DNA from: an uncultured Candidatus Saccharibacteria bacterium | GTDB lineage: Bacteria > Patescibacteriota > Minisyncoccia > Phycocordibacterales > UBA12445 | Direction of reading: 5' to 3' | Assembly: GCA_964649715.1 (NCBI GenBank) | Contig: CAZYTH010000006.1 | Location: 6,341 to 70,340, forward strand | DNA: 64,000 nucleotides | Part shown: one piece after another, positions 9,379 to 19,895 of the stretch | Position numbering within the stretch: position 1 is the first letter of the stretch | Layout of the letters: each line of letters starts with the position of its first letter | Notes under the pieces: generated by a model | What the model was told of the DNA's origin: nothing | What the model saw: the letters and a program-made list of their open reading frames with translations, nothing else | Databases searched by the model: none | Program-made: the position numbers and the translations under genes

Positions 9379-11427
9379 ATGGGAGAAAAATTCAAATCTG
9401 AAAACAATATCGTGACAAAAACCTCAATTGATCGAGGTGAATTTACCGCAGACAACAAAGAAACAAAATTAAACACACCAGAGGATGGTGGCAGTTTAGA
9501 TGAGATAACAAGAATAAACAATGAGGAAAATAGAACCGAGAGAATAAAACAATTAAAAAATGAATTGTTGGTAGACAGTTCGGACGTAGATGGTAACGAT
9601 AAAGTCAGAGAACATTTTAAGAAATTTGTAGGAGAGCTTTCAAAAAAAGAGGCAATTAAGACTGAAGAAGAAATAGGTGGGGTCGCTGAAAAATTTAGGA
9701 CAGAGCTTCTCTCGAAGGGTGCAGAATATGCTTTTGGAAACATACCCCAAAAATATAGGAATTTTCCCATTATAAAAGATGTCTTGAAAGAAGAAATAAA
9801 TAAACTAAAAGATCAAGGATATGATCGTTTCTGTTATTCTGTTTTAAAAATGACCGACTGCAAAGAAGCGTTGGAGATTGCTTTGAGCGAACCCAATTTT
9901 TTGTTTGCCGCGGAAGGCAATATAAAGGCTTCCTTTTCTTCTCGATATATGGAAACTATTGAAAGCGCCTTGGAATTGTCTGAAAGATTGAATTTTCCTC
10001 ATGAATTTTTTTCTGATCCTGAAATTCAAAAGTTGGCGAATGATATCCTTGAGATATCGATGAGGAGCGGGAAAGTGGAAAAGGGTATGTATATAATGAA
10101 ACTTTTTAACATTGAATCTGAAAAAATGTTAGAAATGGCTGAGGGTAATTTGGAGAAAATTTTTTCTTTGGGTGGTTTTGATAAACAACCCAGAGAAGTT
10201 TATGAAATAGCTGAGAAGTTGGGAATTTCTTCAAAATTTTTAAAATCTAATGATTTTATTGATGTTGTTGAAGAGAGATTTTTAGAAATGTTGCCCATTG
10301 AACCAGATTTGTCTTTTTTAATAATGGAAGCTTTTGATTTATCAAAAGAAAAAAAAGAAGAATTAGTTAGGCGGGGTTTTTTGAGAATGCTTAGTTTGGG
10401 AAGGATGGATACCCACTGGATGAGAAGAATTGGGATTGATCAGGAGACTCAAAATATAATACCAGAGAAGGTTACAGAGCAAATGCTTTCTGATGATTCT
10501 AATCAAGAATATTCTCTTAGAATGGCCGTTAAAATAAGTTCTGAATTCGATATCTCTGAAGATTTATTAAATAGAATAAAAAAACAGGTGGGTGTTTCTG
10601 AATCGGCTAAAGAGGAAGCTTCGTCCGCTATTTTTTTTGATGATGTAGACCGAGCAGGTGACATAATAAATAAATTTAATTTATCGCCAGAGCTTCTTGG
10701 CACAAGAAGATTTTTATCTGAAAAAGAAAGGGATTTAGCAGAAAGGGAAGTAGATAAAAACGAGGAACTTAACGGTGGCTGTAATAAGTCTTCCTTTGTT
10801 CATTTAAACGGAAATGGTTCCGGGTTGTACAAACCCGTAAAAGGAGAAGCGCCTCTTAGAGAAAAAATAGAAAAGGGAACTTATTACAGAAGAGAGAGGG
10901 CATCTTATGTTGTTGATAAATTTTTGGGATTTGACTTGGTCCCACCGACGATAATTAAGAAAATAAACGGAGAAATTGGTAGTGTGCAAGCTTTTATTCC
11001 AGATGCAGATGTTGGCTCTATGGTTTCAAAAGAAAAAAAAGAAGAAAATGTAATAAAGGAACAACTTAAGTCCTTGTGGGTTTTTGATCTTTTGGTTTAC
11101 AATTCCGATCGCCATAATAAAAACTGGATGATATCAGGGGAGAGAATAATCGCTATTGATAACGGTTTGTGTTTTGGTGAGTCAGAGTTGTCTTCTGAAA
11201 ATCAGTTTTTTGATGAAGAGGTACCTGCGGAAACGATAGAAAAATTAGAAAAATTATCAGTTGATACGGAAAGACAGGAAAATTTAAGGGAGATGCTTTT
11301 GGAATTGCTTCCAAAGAAAGAAGTCGATGCTTTCTTTAATAGATTTTTCCGACTAGTTAAAATAATTAGAGAATATAACGGTAAAATTCCTGATTCCGAC
11401 GACAATAAAGTAATTAAGTTTGTTTAA
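9379..11427 (+). CDS. Large helical protein with a C-terminal PI3/PI4-kinase-like (HipA/CtkA superfamily) domain
   Basis: LYKP, RERASY, FDLVPPT, GSVQ, NSDRHNKN and AIDNG motifs. Confidence 0.75.
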   Translation: MGEKFKSENNIVTKTSIDRGEFTADNKETKLNTPEDGGSLDEITRINNEENRTERIKQLKNELLVDSSDVDGNDKVREHFKKFVGELSKKEAIKTEEEIGGVAEKFRTELLSKGAEYAFGNIPQKYRNFPIIKDVLKEEINKLKDQGYDRFCYSVLKMTDCKEALEIALSEPNFLFAAEGNIKASFSSRYMETIESALELSERLNFPHEFFSDPEIQKLANDILEISMRSGKVEKGMYIMKLFNIESEKMLEMAEGNLEKIFSLGGFDKQPREVYEIAEKLGISSKFLKSNDFIDVVEERFLEMLPIEPDLSFLIMEAFDLSKEKKEELVRRGFLRMLSLGRMDTHWMRRIGIDQETQNIIPEKVTEQMLSDDSNQEYSLRMAVKISSEFDISEDLLNRIKKQVGVSESAKEEASSAIFFDDVDRAGDIINKFNLSPELLGTRRFLSEKERDLAEREVDKNEELNGGCNKSSFVHLNGNGSGLYKPVKGEAPLREKIEKGTYYRRERASYVVDKFLGFDLVPPTIIKKINGEIGSVQAFIPDADVGSMVSKEKKEENVIKEQLKSLWVFDLLVYNSDRHNKNWMISGERIIAIDNGLCFGESELSSENQFFDEEVPAETIEKLEKLSVDTERQENLREMLLELLPKKEVDAFFNRFFRLVKIIREYNGKIPDSDDNKVIKFV

Positions 11428-11430
11428 TTT

Positions 11431-11685
11431 ATGAAATTTGTAGAAATATATAAAATAGATAATGAAGGTGCTCAGTCTCTTGTAGCTGTTTGCACGTTGT
11501 CGTCTGACGGTGTCCAAATAAAGGGTGAACAAAAACTTATTGACAGTTTGAATGAAGGTATAAATAATTATTCTGAAACGGGCCACAAAAAAGTTTATCC
11601 GAGTGACGGGCTTTTGTTTCTGGAACAACTTAAATTTAATTTTCGTTCAGGATATTTGAATGCAACTGAAATAAAACAAGTATAA
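11431..11685 (+). CDS. Small hypothetical protein, candidate partner/immunity of the upstream kinase
   Basis: Starts 3 nt after the kinase stop; contains PSDGLLFLEQL-FRSGY. Confidence 0.6.
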   Translation: MKFVEIYKIDNEGAQSLVAVCTLSSDGVQIKGEQKLIDSLNEGINNYSETGHKKVYPSDGLLFLEQLKFNFRSGYLNATEIKQV

Positions 11686-11689
11686 AAAA

Positions 11690-12436
11690 ATGAATAAACT
11701 TATATTATTGAGACACGGAGAAAGCGAATGGAATAGAGAAAATATATTTACAGGTTGGACAGACGTAGATCTTTCTCCAAGAGGGGAAGAAGAAGCCAAG
11801 GAGGCGGGTCGTTTGCTTCTTGATGCTGGTATTTTTCCAAATGTTGCTTTCACCTCAGTATTACAAAGAGCGAATAGAACATTGGATATTTTATTGGATG
11901 AAATGAAAATAAAAGATATTCCTATTCATTTTTCTTGGCGCCTTAATGAAAGGCATTACGGAGCTCTTCAAGGTTTAAATAAGACAGAAACTGTAAAAAA
12001 ATTTGGAGAAGAACAGGTTAAAATTTGGAGAAGAAGTTATGAAACAAGACCGCCATCTCTTACAGCTGGAGAAGAGAGAGATTCCGTGAATGATCCTAAG
12101 TATGCTGGATTGAAAAGGGAGGAAATACCACTTTCTGAGTCTTTGGAAGACACCACAAAAAGAGTTATGCCTTATTGGGAGGAGAAAATTTTACCGGAGA
12201 TTAAAAGCGGTAAGAACGTTTTGATAGCGGGGCACGGTTCCGGGGTTAGAAGTATCGTTAAATATCTTGATAATTTATCCTCGGAAGATGTCGTGGGTCT
12301 TGATATCCCGACAGGAGTTCCGCTTGTGTATGAATTTGATGAAAATGGTAAAAAAATCACTCATTATTATTTGGGTAGAGAGGAAGATATTAAGAAAAAA
12401 ATAGAAGAAGTTAAGAATCAGATAAAAAACAAATAA
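11690..12436 (+). CDS. gpmA: 2,3-bisphosphoglycerate-dependent phosphoglycerate mutase
   Basis: LRHGESEWN, FTGWTDV, LNERHYGALQGLNK, WRRSY and IPTG motifs. Confidence 0.96.
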   Translation: MNKLILLRHGESEWNRENIFTGWTDVDLSPRGEEEAKEAGRLLLDAGIFPNVAFTSVLQRANRTLDILLDEMKIKDIPIHFSWRLNERHYGALQGLNKTETVKKFGEEQVKIWRRSYETRPPSLTAGEERDSVNDPKYAGLKREEIPLSESLEDTTKRVMPYWEEKILPEIKSGKNVLIAGHGSGVRSIVKYLDNLSSEDVVGLDIPTGVPLVYEFDENGKKITHYYLGREEDIKKKIEEVKNQIKNK

Positions 12437-12535
12437 ATTAAAAATTTTTGAAAAAGCAAATTATGTTGAAAATTTGCTTTTTTTTGTTTAGTATCTTCTT
12501 TAAATAATAGAACATTGAAAAAAGGAGTTTAAATC

Positions 12536-13240
12536 GTGGTCAAAACAAAACCCCTGAGAATTGTTTTTATTAGACATGGACAGTCTCTTAGAAATCAACT
12601 TTGTCATTTGCCATATCTTCCCGATGATGATGAGATATTTAAAGTTATTGGACATATTTCTGACAGGGATACACCGCTTTCAGAAGATGGTTACAGACAG
12701 GCAGAAACAACAGGTGTTTATTTGCGGGATATCTTCGGGATTCCTAATTATATTTTTCATTCTGGGTATTTGAGGACAATCCAAACGGTAGAAGGAATAT
12801 TGTATTCTTTTGAGGAAAGAGAAAAGAAAAAGATAATTATTTTGAAAGACGATCTCATAAGAGAGAGAGCTGTTGGTTATGTTTACAATATGAAGGAGAA
12901 AGATGCGAGAAGATCTTTCCCATGGGTAAAAAGATACGCAGAATTATTTTCTGATTTCGATTTTTGTCCACCCGGCGGAGAAAGTTTGGTTCAAGTTATA
13001 GATAGAACAAGGATTTTTGTTGATAGGGTTTTGTCTGTAATTGAACAAGGTAAAACTGTCTTCATCGTTAGTCATGGTCGTGCGATACAGTGTCTTATGT
13101 ATAATCTGCTTGGTAGGGATTTTAAATCCATATTTGAACACAAAGAGGGTTCTATAAAAAATTGTAGTATTACGTTATTCGAGTCACACAAAAAAGGTTT
13201 ATTTATATTAAAACAATATAATAAGATTTTTTGGAAATGA
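12536..13240 (+). CDS. Histidine phosphatase family protein
   Basis: RHG, PGGES and VSHG motifs. Confidence 0.88.
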   Translation: MVKTKPLRIVFIRHGQSLRNQLCHLPYLPDDDEIFKVIGHISDRDTPLSEDGYRQAETTGVYLRDIFGIPNYIFHSGYLRTIQTVEGILYSFEEREKKKIIILKDDLIRERAVGYVYNMKEKDARRSFPWVKRYAELFSDFDFCPPGGESLVQVIDRTRIFVDRVLSVIEQGKTVFIVSHGRAIQCLMYNLLGRDFKSIFEHKEGSIKNCSITLFESHKKGLFILKQYNKIFWK

Positions 13241-13370
13241 GTTAAATCCGCACAAAAAGTGCGGGTTTTTTATATTGTTTTTAATATGGTAGGATAAGAG
13301 CATAAAGAAAATGTTTAGTTTTCTAGTAGTGTTATTTTTGTCTTATAATTTTAAAAATTTTTTATAAAAA

Positions 13371-13772
13371 ATGAAAGGATACACAACAAACATAGAAAAA
13401 GATACTTTAGACAATGAGGATTTTAGAAGAGTTCTTTACACATCTTCTCATAGTCAGCTTGTTTTGATGGCCATAGAGCCTAAGGATGATATTGGTGAAG
13501 AGGCTCACGACAAAGTTGACCAATTTTTCAGAGTAGAAAAGGGGGAGGGGGTCGCTATTTTAGAAGGGGAAGAAACGAAGCTTTATGATGGTAGCGTAAT
13601 AATTGTTCCTGCGGGGACAAGACATAATATTATAAACACCTCAGAAACAGAAAAATTGAAGCTATATACAATCTATTCTCCAGCAAACCATATAGATGGA
13701 AGGGTCCATGAGACCAAAGCTGATGCCGTGGCGGATACAGAAGACGAAGATTTTGGTCATGGTGTAAAATAG
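13371..13772 (+). CDS. Cupin domain protein
   Basis: QLVLM, IGEEAH, DQFF, VPAGTRHNI and KLYTIYSP motifs. Confidence 0.9.
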   Translation: MKGYTTNIEKDTLDNEDFRRVLYTSSHSQLVLMAIEPKDDIGEEAHDKVDQFFRVEKGEGVAILEGEETKLYDGSVIIVPAGTRHNIINTSETEKLKLYTIYSPANHIDGRVHETKADAVADTEDEDFGHGVK

Positions 13773-13824
13773 AAATTTTTAAATAAGAGACAAAAATAAA
13801 CCATCGATAAGATGGTTTATTTTT

Positions 13825-15999
13825 TTATTCAAAATGAGTTTCTGCGCTCCTTTCTTTTGTTATTTTTTTCAAAGTTGGATATTTCACCATCTCTGGGTCG
13901 AACTCCAGTATATTTTTTGCCTCATTTCTGGCTGCCTCAACCATTTTTATGTTTTTTATCGCTTCCATCCCAATATCTGAAATTCCCCATTGTTTTTTTC
14001 CGGAAAGTTCTCCAAAACCACGCAGTTGAAGGTCTAACTCAGCAAGTTCAAAGCCGTTTTTTGCAGTTTTTATCGCTTTTAGTCGATTGTGTGTTTTTTC
14101 GCTTTTTGATTCGCTAAAAATATAACAAAAAGCTTGATGGTTGCTCCTTATGACCCTTCCCCTTAACTGGTGAAGCTGAGAAAGACCAAACCTTTCTCCT
14201 CCTTCTATTATTATTACTGTGGCATTCGGAACATTTACGCCCACCTCTACGACAGAAGTCGCCGTAAGGATATTTATTTTTCCATCTGAAAATTTACCCA
14301 TTACATCATCCTTTTCTTTTGTGGTCATCTTGCTGTGAAGTATTCCAAATTCATATTCAGGAAATACATCTTTTTTTAATCTTTTGGCCTCTGCTTTAAC
14401 TGATTTTGCGTTAAGTGCGAGTTCTTTGTCGGGATCAGGCTCATCTATCCTTGGGCAGATTATATAGGCCTGCCTTCCGCTCCCCAATTCTTTTCTAATT
14501 TTTTCGTAAACTTCTTTTCTTCCGGCAGGGGCGACAATCTCTGTAATTATATTTTTTCTGCCGACGGGCATTTCGTCCAAAAGCGTTAGGTCTAAGTCTC
14601 CATAGATTGTGAGAGCCAGAGTTCTGGGAATCGGTGTCGCTGTCATTGAGAGAAGGTGTGGAACCTGTATTTTTTTTCCCTCTTCAAAATCGCTTGTCTT
14701 TCTAGCTATTTTAAGCCTCTGTGCCACTCCGAAGCGGTGCTGTTCATCTATTATGACGAGGCCCAAATGTCTAAAATTAACAGTTTTTTGTATTAGAGCG
14801 TGTGTTCCAATCAATATTGGTATTTCGCCATTCGCGACCCATTTTAAAAGCTGAGTTCTTGAAATAGTTGTCCACTTTTTAGGATCTGTCTTTGAGGGGA
14901 ATTTTTTACAACCGCTTCCTGTTATTAGCCCGACATTTATTCCTGTGTATTCAAAATATTTTATAAAAGATTCGAAGTGTTGTCCGGCAAGTATCTCAGT
15001 TGGCGCCATATAGGCAACTTGTAAATTGCCAAAATCTTTCCCATAAGGGCTTGTACTTATTACACTATAAGCTGCCGTTGCCGCGACAGCTGTCTTGCCT
15101 GAGCCGACATCACCTTCTAGGAGTCTCGTCATCGGTTTATCGGAGAGAAGATCTTTATTTATCTCATTCATCGATTTTTTTTGTGCGTTAGTCATCGGAA
15201 AACCAAACCTTTTCACAAAATCCGCGATGTCCTCTTTTTTCGTTGTTATCCTAAAAGAGGGGTTACTCTCATATTCCCTTTTTTCTTTTTGTCGAGAAAG
15301 TTGTATATAGAAGACTTCTTCAAAAGAAAATCTTTTTCTTGCAGATATGGCATCATTGTCTTTTTTTGGAGAGTGTATCCAGACAAGTGCAGTTGCAAGA
15401 GAAGGTAGGTGATATTTTTCGAGTATTTCTTTTGGTATCGGGTCCTCTAATCTTTCGTGAAGCTTATTTTTTAACAGTCGATCTATCGCGTGTCTTAGCC
15501 AAAGAGATGTTACGCCTCTGGTCTCGGGGTAAACGGGAGAAGATACCAGATTATCTTCGGAAAAAAGGCTTCCATGATGGGCCATTTCAAGAGTGTCGGT
15601 CTCTTCAAGCTCTGGGTTTACGATACTCCTTTGGCCCTTCTTTTCATTTATTTGTCCTTTTAGTTTAACAAAACCACCCTCAGGGACTTTTTTTGCCATA
15701 TATGGCTGATGAAACCATATTGCTTTTATTTTTCCTGTATCATCTTCAATTATCATTTCTCCCATAGGGACACCTGAGTGGAAGGATTTTAGGGTTTTTG
15801 AGGAGACAACCCTTCCGCACACTTCGGCAAATTCACCATTTTTTGTTTCTATAATATGTTTTAAGAGTGCCTTTTCTCCGTATCTTGAAGGCAAATAGAA
15901 CAAGAGGTCTTTTAGTGTTTTTATGCGAAGTTTTTTTAATCCTTCTTTTTGGTGAGGATTTAGGCGAAAGGTTGATTCTATATTATCGTTTGGATCCAT
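13825..15999 (-). CDS. recG: ATP-dependent DNA helicase RecG
   Basis: GDVGSGKT, DEQHRFGV, MTATPIPRTL, QLHQLRGRV and NGFELAELDL motifs. Confidence 0.96.
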   Translation of the reverse strand: MDPNDNIESTFRLNPHQKEGLKKLRIKTLKDLLFYLPSRYGEKALLKHIIETKNGEFAEVCGRVVSSKTLKSFHSGVPMGEMIIEDDTGKIKAIWFHQPYMAKKVPEGGFVKLKGQINEKKGQRSIVNPELEETDTLEMAHHGSLFSEDNLVSSPVYPETRGVTSLWLRHAIDRLLKNKLHERLEDPIPKEILEKYHLPSLATALVWIHSPKKDNDAISARKRFSFEEVFYIQLSRQKEKREYESNPSFRITTKKEDIADFVKRFGFPMTNAQKKSMNEINKDLLSDKPMTRLLEGDVGSGKTAVAATAAYSVISTSPYGKDFGNLQVAYMAPTEILAGQHFESFIKYFEYTGINVGLITGSGCKKFPSKTDPKKWTTISRTQLLKWVANGEIPILIGTHALIQKTVNFRHLGLVIIDEQHRFGVAQRLKIARKTSDFEEGKKIQVPHLLSMTATPIPRTLALTIYGDLDLTLLDEMPVGRKNIITEIVAPAGRKEVYEKIRKELGSGRQAYIICPRIDEPDPDKELALNAKSVKAEAKRLKKDVFPEYEFGILHSKMTTKEKDDVMGKFSDGKINILTATSVVEVGVNVPNATVIIIEGGERFGLSQLHQLRGRVIRSNHQAFCYIFSESKSEKTHNRLKAIKTAKNGFELAELDLQLRGFGELSGKKQWGISDIGMEAIKNIKMVEAARNEAKNILEFDPEMVKYPTLKKITKERSAETHFE

Positions 16000-16069
16000 A
16001 GGATATTCAGTATATTTTAAAGAAAGACTTAAATCAAAAGTTCGCCAATTGCTTTGGCGAACTTTTGAT

Positions 16070-17170
16070 TTATTTTTTTATCTTATCATATAGCTTTTTG
16101 ATTGTATTTATTTCGTTGCTATTTTTTATGTCCAGATAGGTCTGGAGATCGTTTTCTGAAAGTTGTTTTTTGAACTCTAAAAATTCTGGATCCGGTGGTG
16201 TTAATCTTGTATATAGTTTATACAAACTATTTTCTTCTGGAAGTTCGCTTTCCTTGAGTTTTCTTTTTGTTTCTTCTTTGTGTCGCATCGCCTTCCTGTC
16301 GGCTGTCCCGATCATATTGCCTCTTATTTTTCTTACTCTTGTGAAAAAGTCATCGTTTTCATTAAATTCAGCGTCTTGAAGGGCGTCCCATATTGTTGCC
16401 ATACCGACACTCGTGCCAAGCTTGAATTTGAAATCTTTTGGTATGTCGAGTTCTTTGTCTTTTAACCTTTCTTGGACGAGCCCGCTTTCAAAATCTATAA
16501 GCCCTGTTGCTTCTTTGTTGCTTTTAACTTCCTCAAAAAAACGTCTTTCTACCTCATTTCTAATCTCATTGAGATTTTTTTCATCTGAAGATAGAAGTGC
16601 TCCAAATTCATCTCCACCTTGGGTAAAGGGTATCGAATCAACCCCATTTTCTTTTAACCATTTTATTGTTTCACCATTCTGTAAAATTTCAGCAAGAATA
16701 CCAAGTCCTCTATCTCCGCTTGTATGACCGCCGAGATCGTTGAGAGCTTTTAGCCCGTTTAGGTCAAAGTTAATAATGGCAATTTTTTCCAGATCTGGTT
16801 TAGATAATTCTTTTTTTTCAAAAGCACTGCCCACTTTTTTTGCTAGTTCAAATTCTATATATTTTCGGTTGAAAAGGGGTTCTTTGAAGCATGGTCTTCT
16901 GTCTTGGTATGAGAGTTTTATAAGATTTACATCGTTTTTTACAAATTCAACAATTTCTTCTGGGGAGAATCCTTTTTCTTTCAAGAGAAGAACCCTGTTT
17001 TTCTCTTCAGTTCTAAGATTTATATCAGAACCTTCAGGCTCAGGAATAAGACTTAAAAGTTTTTCTATTTTGCTTTCGGCTTCTTCTTTTTTTCGTTTCT
17101 CTGTCTCTTCTCTTGAGGACGCCGTCTTTATTGCCTTATTTAAAATGTCGTTATCGTTATTATTTATCAT
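16070..17170 (-). CDS. GGDEF-domain protein (putative diguanylate cyclase)
   Basis: LFNR, DLNGLKALND-GGH-SGD, GGDEF and SVG motifs. Confidence 0.8.
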   Translation of the reverse strand: MINNNDNDILNKAIKTASSREETEKRKKEEAESKIEKLLSLIPEPEGSDINLRTEEKNRVLLLKEKGFSPEEIVEFVKNDVNLIKLSYQDRRPCFKEPLFNRKYIEFELAKKVGSAFEKKELSKPDLEKIAIINFDLNGLKALNDLGGHTSGDRGLGILAEILQNGETIKWLKENGVDSIPFTQGGDEFGALLSSDEKNLNEIRNEVERRFFEEVKSNKEATGLIDFESGLVQERLKDKELDIPKDFKFKLGTSVGMATIWDALQDAEFNENDDFFTRVRKIRGNMIGTADRKAMRHKEETKRKLKESELPEENSLYKLYTRLTPPDPEFLEFKKQLSENDLQTYLDIKNSNEINTIKKLYDKIKK

Positions 17171-17343
17171 GATTGTTATATTAATAAAAAAACAACTTAA
17201 TTGAAAGTTTTTTAAAATTATAGTGTTAGGGAATTTTTTAATTAAAAATCTCCTTATCTTCTTTTGTTTTTAAGAGAGACTGTGGCATTTGTTAAAAGCA
17301 ACTGTGCTATCTCCAAATATTGAACTGAAAAGACAACCCAAAT

Positions 17344-17460
17344 CTAATTGTTCGATGAATTTGTGTCCTTGTCAGAAAACACTACCAATCGTTTAGAATA
17401 GCTTTTTTGGTCTTTGTTCCAAATACCTTCGCAAGTAATAAGATTTAGATGTGATTTGCC
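17344..17460 (-). pseudogene. Class F sortase C-terminal remnant
   Basis: Manual translation GKSHLNLITCEGIWNKDQKSYSKRLVVFSDK...stop. It has the LITC and RLVV catalytic motifs but no upstream sortase sequence. Confidence 0.65.
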
Positions 17461-17705
17461 GCAAATACAAAAGTGTTTCCACCTCCAAAAATTACAGAAA
17501 AAAAGATTGATAAAATTACTAAAAATTTATTAACTGTTTTCATCTATTTTTTTATATTAACTATTGAAAAAACTCCTTACAGTTTACTCTTCTATTGTTG
17601 GAATGCATAATTGTCGTTTATTTTAGAGGATAAATATAAAATATGGGAAAAAATCGTGGAGAGTATAAATTTTTTATTTTCTTACTATCGTGCTAAAATA
17701 CAATA

Positions 17706-18065
17706 ATGAAAAAGAAAATAAATAAAAAAATAAAGCCAGTCGCCAATAGCGCGAATAAAAAAGCAATCAAAAAAATAAAATCGGTTGCCAAACTAACGGT
17801 AGAAAAAACAAAAGTATTCATGGAAAATACTGGTAAAAAGGTTGGCAAAGAAGCGGGAAAAATGGCAAAGGCACTTCAAAAAAGATGGGATAAAGCTGAA
17901 CCAGGAAGAGAGAAATATAAAAAAGAGGTAAAGATCGCAGCCAAAAAAGCTGGTGCAAGAGGCATGGAGTTACTAAAAAGTGGACTTAAAAATAGCATGA
18001 AAATAGGTGGCGATATCGTTGACGTTATCAAAAAAGATGTCAAAGAAATGAGTAACGAAAAATAG
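17706..18065 (+). CDS. Lys-rich hypothetical protein
   Basis: 119-aa basic ORF followed by a hairpin terminator (18109-18135). Confidence 0.6.
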   Translation: MKKKINKKIKPVANSANKKAIKKIKSVAKLTVEKTKVFMENTGKKVGKEAGKMAKALQKRWDKAEPGREKYKKEVKIAAKKAGARGMELLKSGLKNSMKIGGDIVDVIKKDVKEMSNEK

Positions 18066-18313
18066 AGGAAATTAAATACCATTCATAATCTGATATAATA
18101 TAAGATTAAATCCGCTCTATAATGAGCGGATTTTTTGTTGTAAATAAGGCTGTAATGGTTTAATACTCATTGTTTTCTTATGAAAGAATTTCTATTTTTA
18201 GGTCATTTTTTAAGATAATAATAAAGTCCTCAGATTGTGGATAACTTAGCTTTGTTTTTCGGCTTCCTTTCGGTTATAATCAAATTGTAGCGTAAATAGA
18301 CTTTAATATATAG

Positions 18314-19891
18314 ATGTCAAATCTCACAAAAAAACAAAAACAAGTCTTTGACTTTGTAAATAATTATATTTCCGAAAACGGCATATCTCCGACCATTGAG
18401 GAGATACGAAAAAAACTAAAACTCAAAGCCGTTTCCACAATTCATGAACATATCAATTCCCTCAAAGCAAAGGGGTATCTTTCAAAGTCTGAAAATTCGG
18501 CTAGAAGTCTATTACTGAGAAAAGAAATCAAATCTATCATAGAAATTCCGATTTTAGGTAGAATCGCTGCGGGATATCCCATAGAAGCAATAGAAAATAT
18601 AGAGGATACTATCTCCATAGTTAATCCGAGCATTAAAACATCAGAAGGATATTATGCCTTGCGTGTAGTAGGAGAAAGTATGATTGATGAAGGAATTTTT
18701 GACGGAGATATTGTTGTAATAAAAAAGCAGTCTGTTGCAGAGAATGGGCAGACGGTTGTTGCTATTATTGATGACAACGAAGCAACACTCAAAAAATTAT
18801 ACCGAGAGAAAACACGGTACCGACTTGAACCAAGAAATCAAAATCTACTTCCTCTTTATCGCAAAGAGGTTGAGGTAAGAGGTGTTGTTGTTCAAATTAT
18901 AAGCAATATAGCAGACAGGCCAGAAAAAATATTCTCAAAAAAGACAAAACACGGATTTAAGACAATTGATCTTTTTGCTGGGGTTGGTGGAATACGATTA
19001 GGTTTTGAAAATGCCGGATTTAAAACAGTTTTCGCAAATGATTTTGAGCCTCAATGTAAAGATACCTATGATCTAAACTTTAGAGATTCGAAATTGGTTG
19101 TTGAGGATATTAGAAAGATTGGGATTGATGATTTACCTAAATTTGATTTTCTTCTGGGCGGTTTCCCTTGCCAGGCTTTTTCTATCGCAGGATATAGACA
19201 AGGATTTGATGACGAGAAAGGTAGAGGAAATTTATTTTTTGATATTGCAAGGATTCTTGACGCACGAAAGCCCGAAGGCTTTCTGCTTGAGAATGTAAAA
19301 AACTTAAAAAGTCACGATGGGGGTAAGACTTTCAGAATTATTCAAGAGACACTAGAAAATCTTGGCTATTATTTGAAAACAAAAGTTTTAAACAGTATGG
19401 AATACGGTAATATTCCACAAAACAGAGAACGAGTTTATGTGGTTGGTTTTAGAAATAAAGACTACTCCGATAAGTTTGAGTTTCCTAACCCAGTAAAATT
19501 AACTGTGAAAATTACTGACTTACTAGAGAAAAATGTACCCGATAAATACTACTACAACGGCAAGCCGTTGTTTGAAAAACTGAAAGATTTTATAAAAGAA
19601 GAAGGAAAAGTTTATCAATGGCGTAGGCAATATGTCCGAGAAAATAAGAGTGGTGTTTGTCCAACATTAACGGCAAATATGGGGACAGGTGGACACAATG
19701 TGCCAATTATTAAAGACAAGAAAGGTATCAGGAAATTAACTCCGCTAGAATGTGCTCGTATTCAAGGTTTTCCTACTGATTACAAAATACCAAAACTAGC
19801 CGATTCTGCTTTATATAAACAATTTGGAAATTCTGTCAGTGTTCCAGTTATTGAGGCTGTGGGAAGACAAATGATGAAAGCGATGGAATAA
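18314..19891 (+). CDS. LexA repressor fused to a C5-cytosine DNA methyltransferase
   Basis: N-terminal LexA (LTKKQ, SPTIEEI, IAAG cleavage site, GESM, ATLKK). C-terminal MTase motifs DLFAGVGG, GFPCQ, ENV, QNRER and GNSV. Confidence 0.92.
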   Translation: MSNLTKKQKQVFDFVNNYISENGISPTIEEIRKKLKLKAVSTIHEHINSLKAKGYLSKSENSARSLLLRKEIKSIIEIPILGRIAAGYPIEAIENIEDTISIVNPSIKTSEGYYALRVVGESMIDEGIFDGDIVVIKKQSVAENGQTVVAIIDDNEATLKKLYREKTRYRLEPRNQNLLPLYRKEVEVRGVVVQIISNIADRPEKIFSKKTKHGFKTIDLFAGVGGIRLGFENAGFKTVFANDFEPQCKDTYDLNFRDSKLVVEDIRKIGIDDLPKFDFLLGGFPCQAFSIAGYRQGFDDEKGRGNLFFDIARILDARKPEGFLLENVKNLKSHDGGKTFRIIQETLENLGYYLKTKVLNSMEYGNIPQNRERVYVVGFRNKDYSDKFEFPNPVKLTVKITDLLEKNVPDKYYYNGKPLFEKLKDFIKEEGKVYQWRRQYVRENKSGVCPTLTANMGTGGHNVPIIKDKKGIRKLTPLECARIQGFPTDYKIPKLADSALYKQFGNSVSVPVIEAVGRQMMKAME

Positions 19892-19895
19892 ATAA

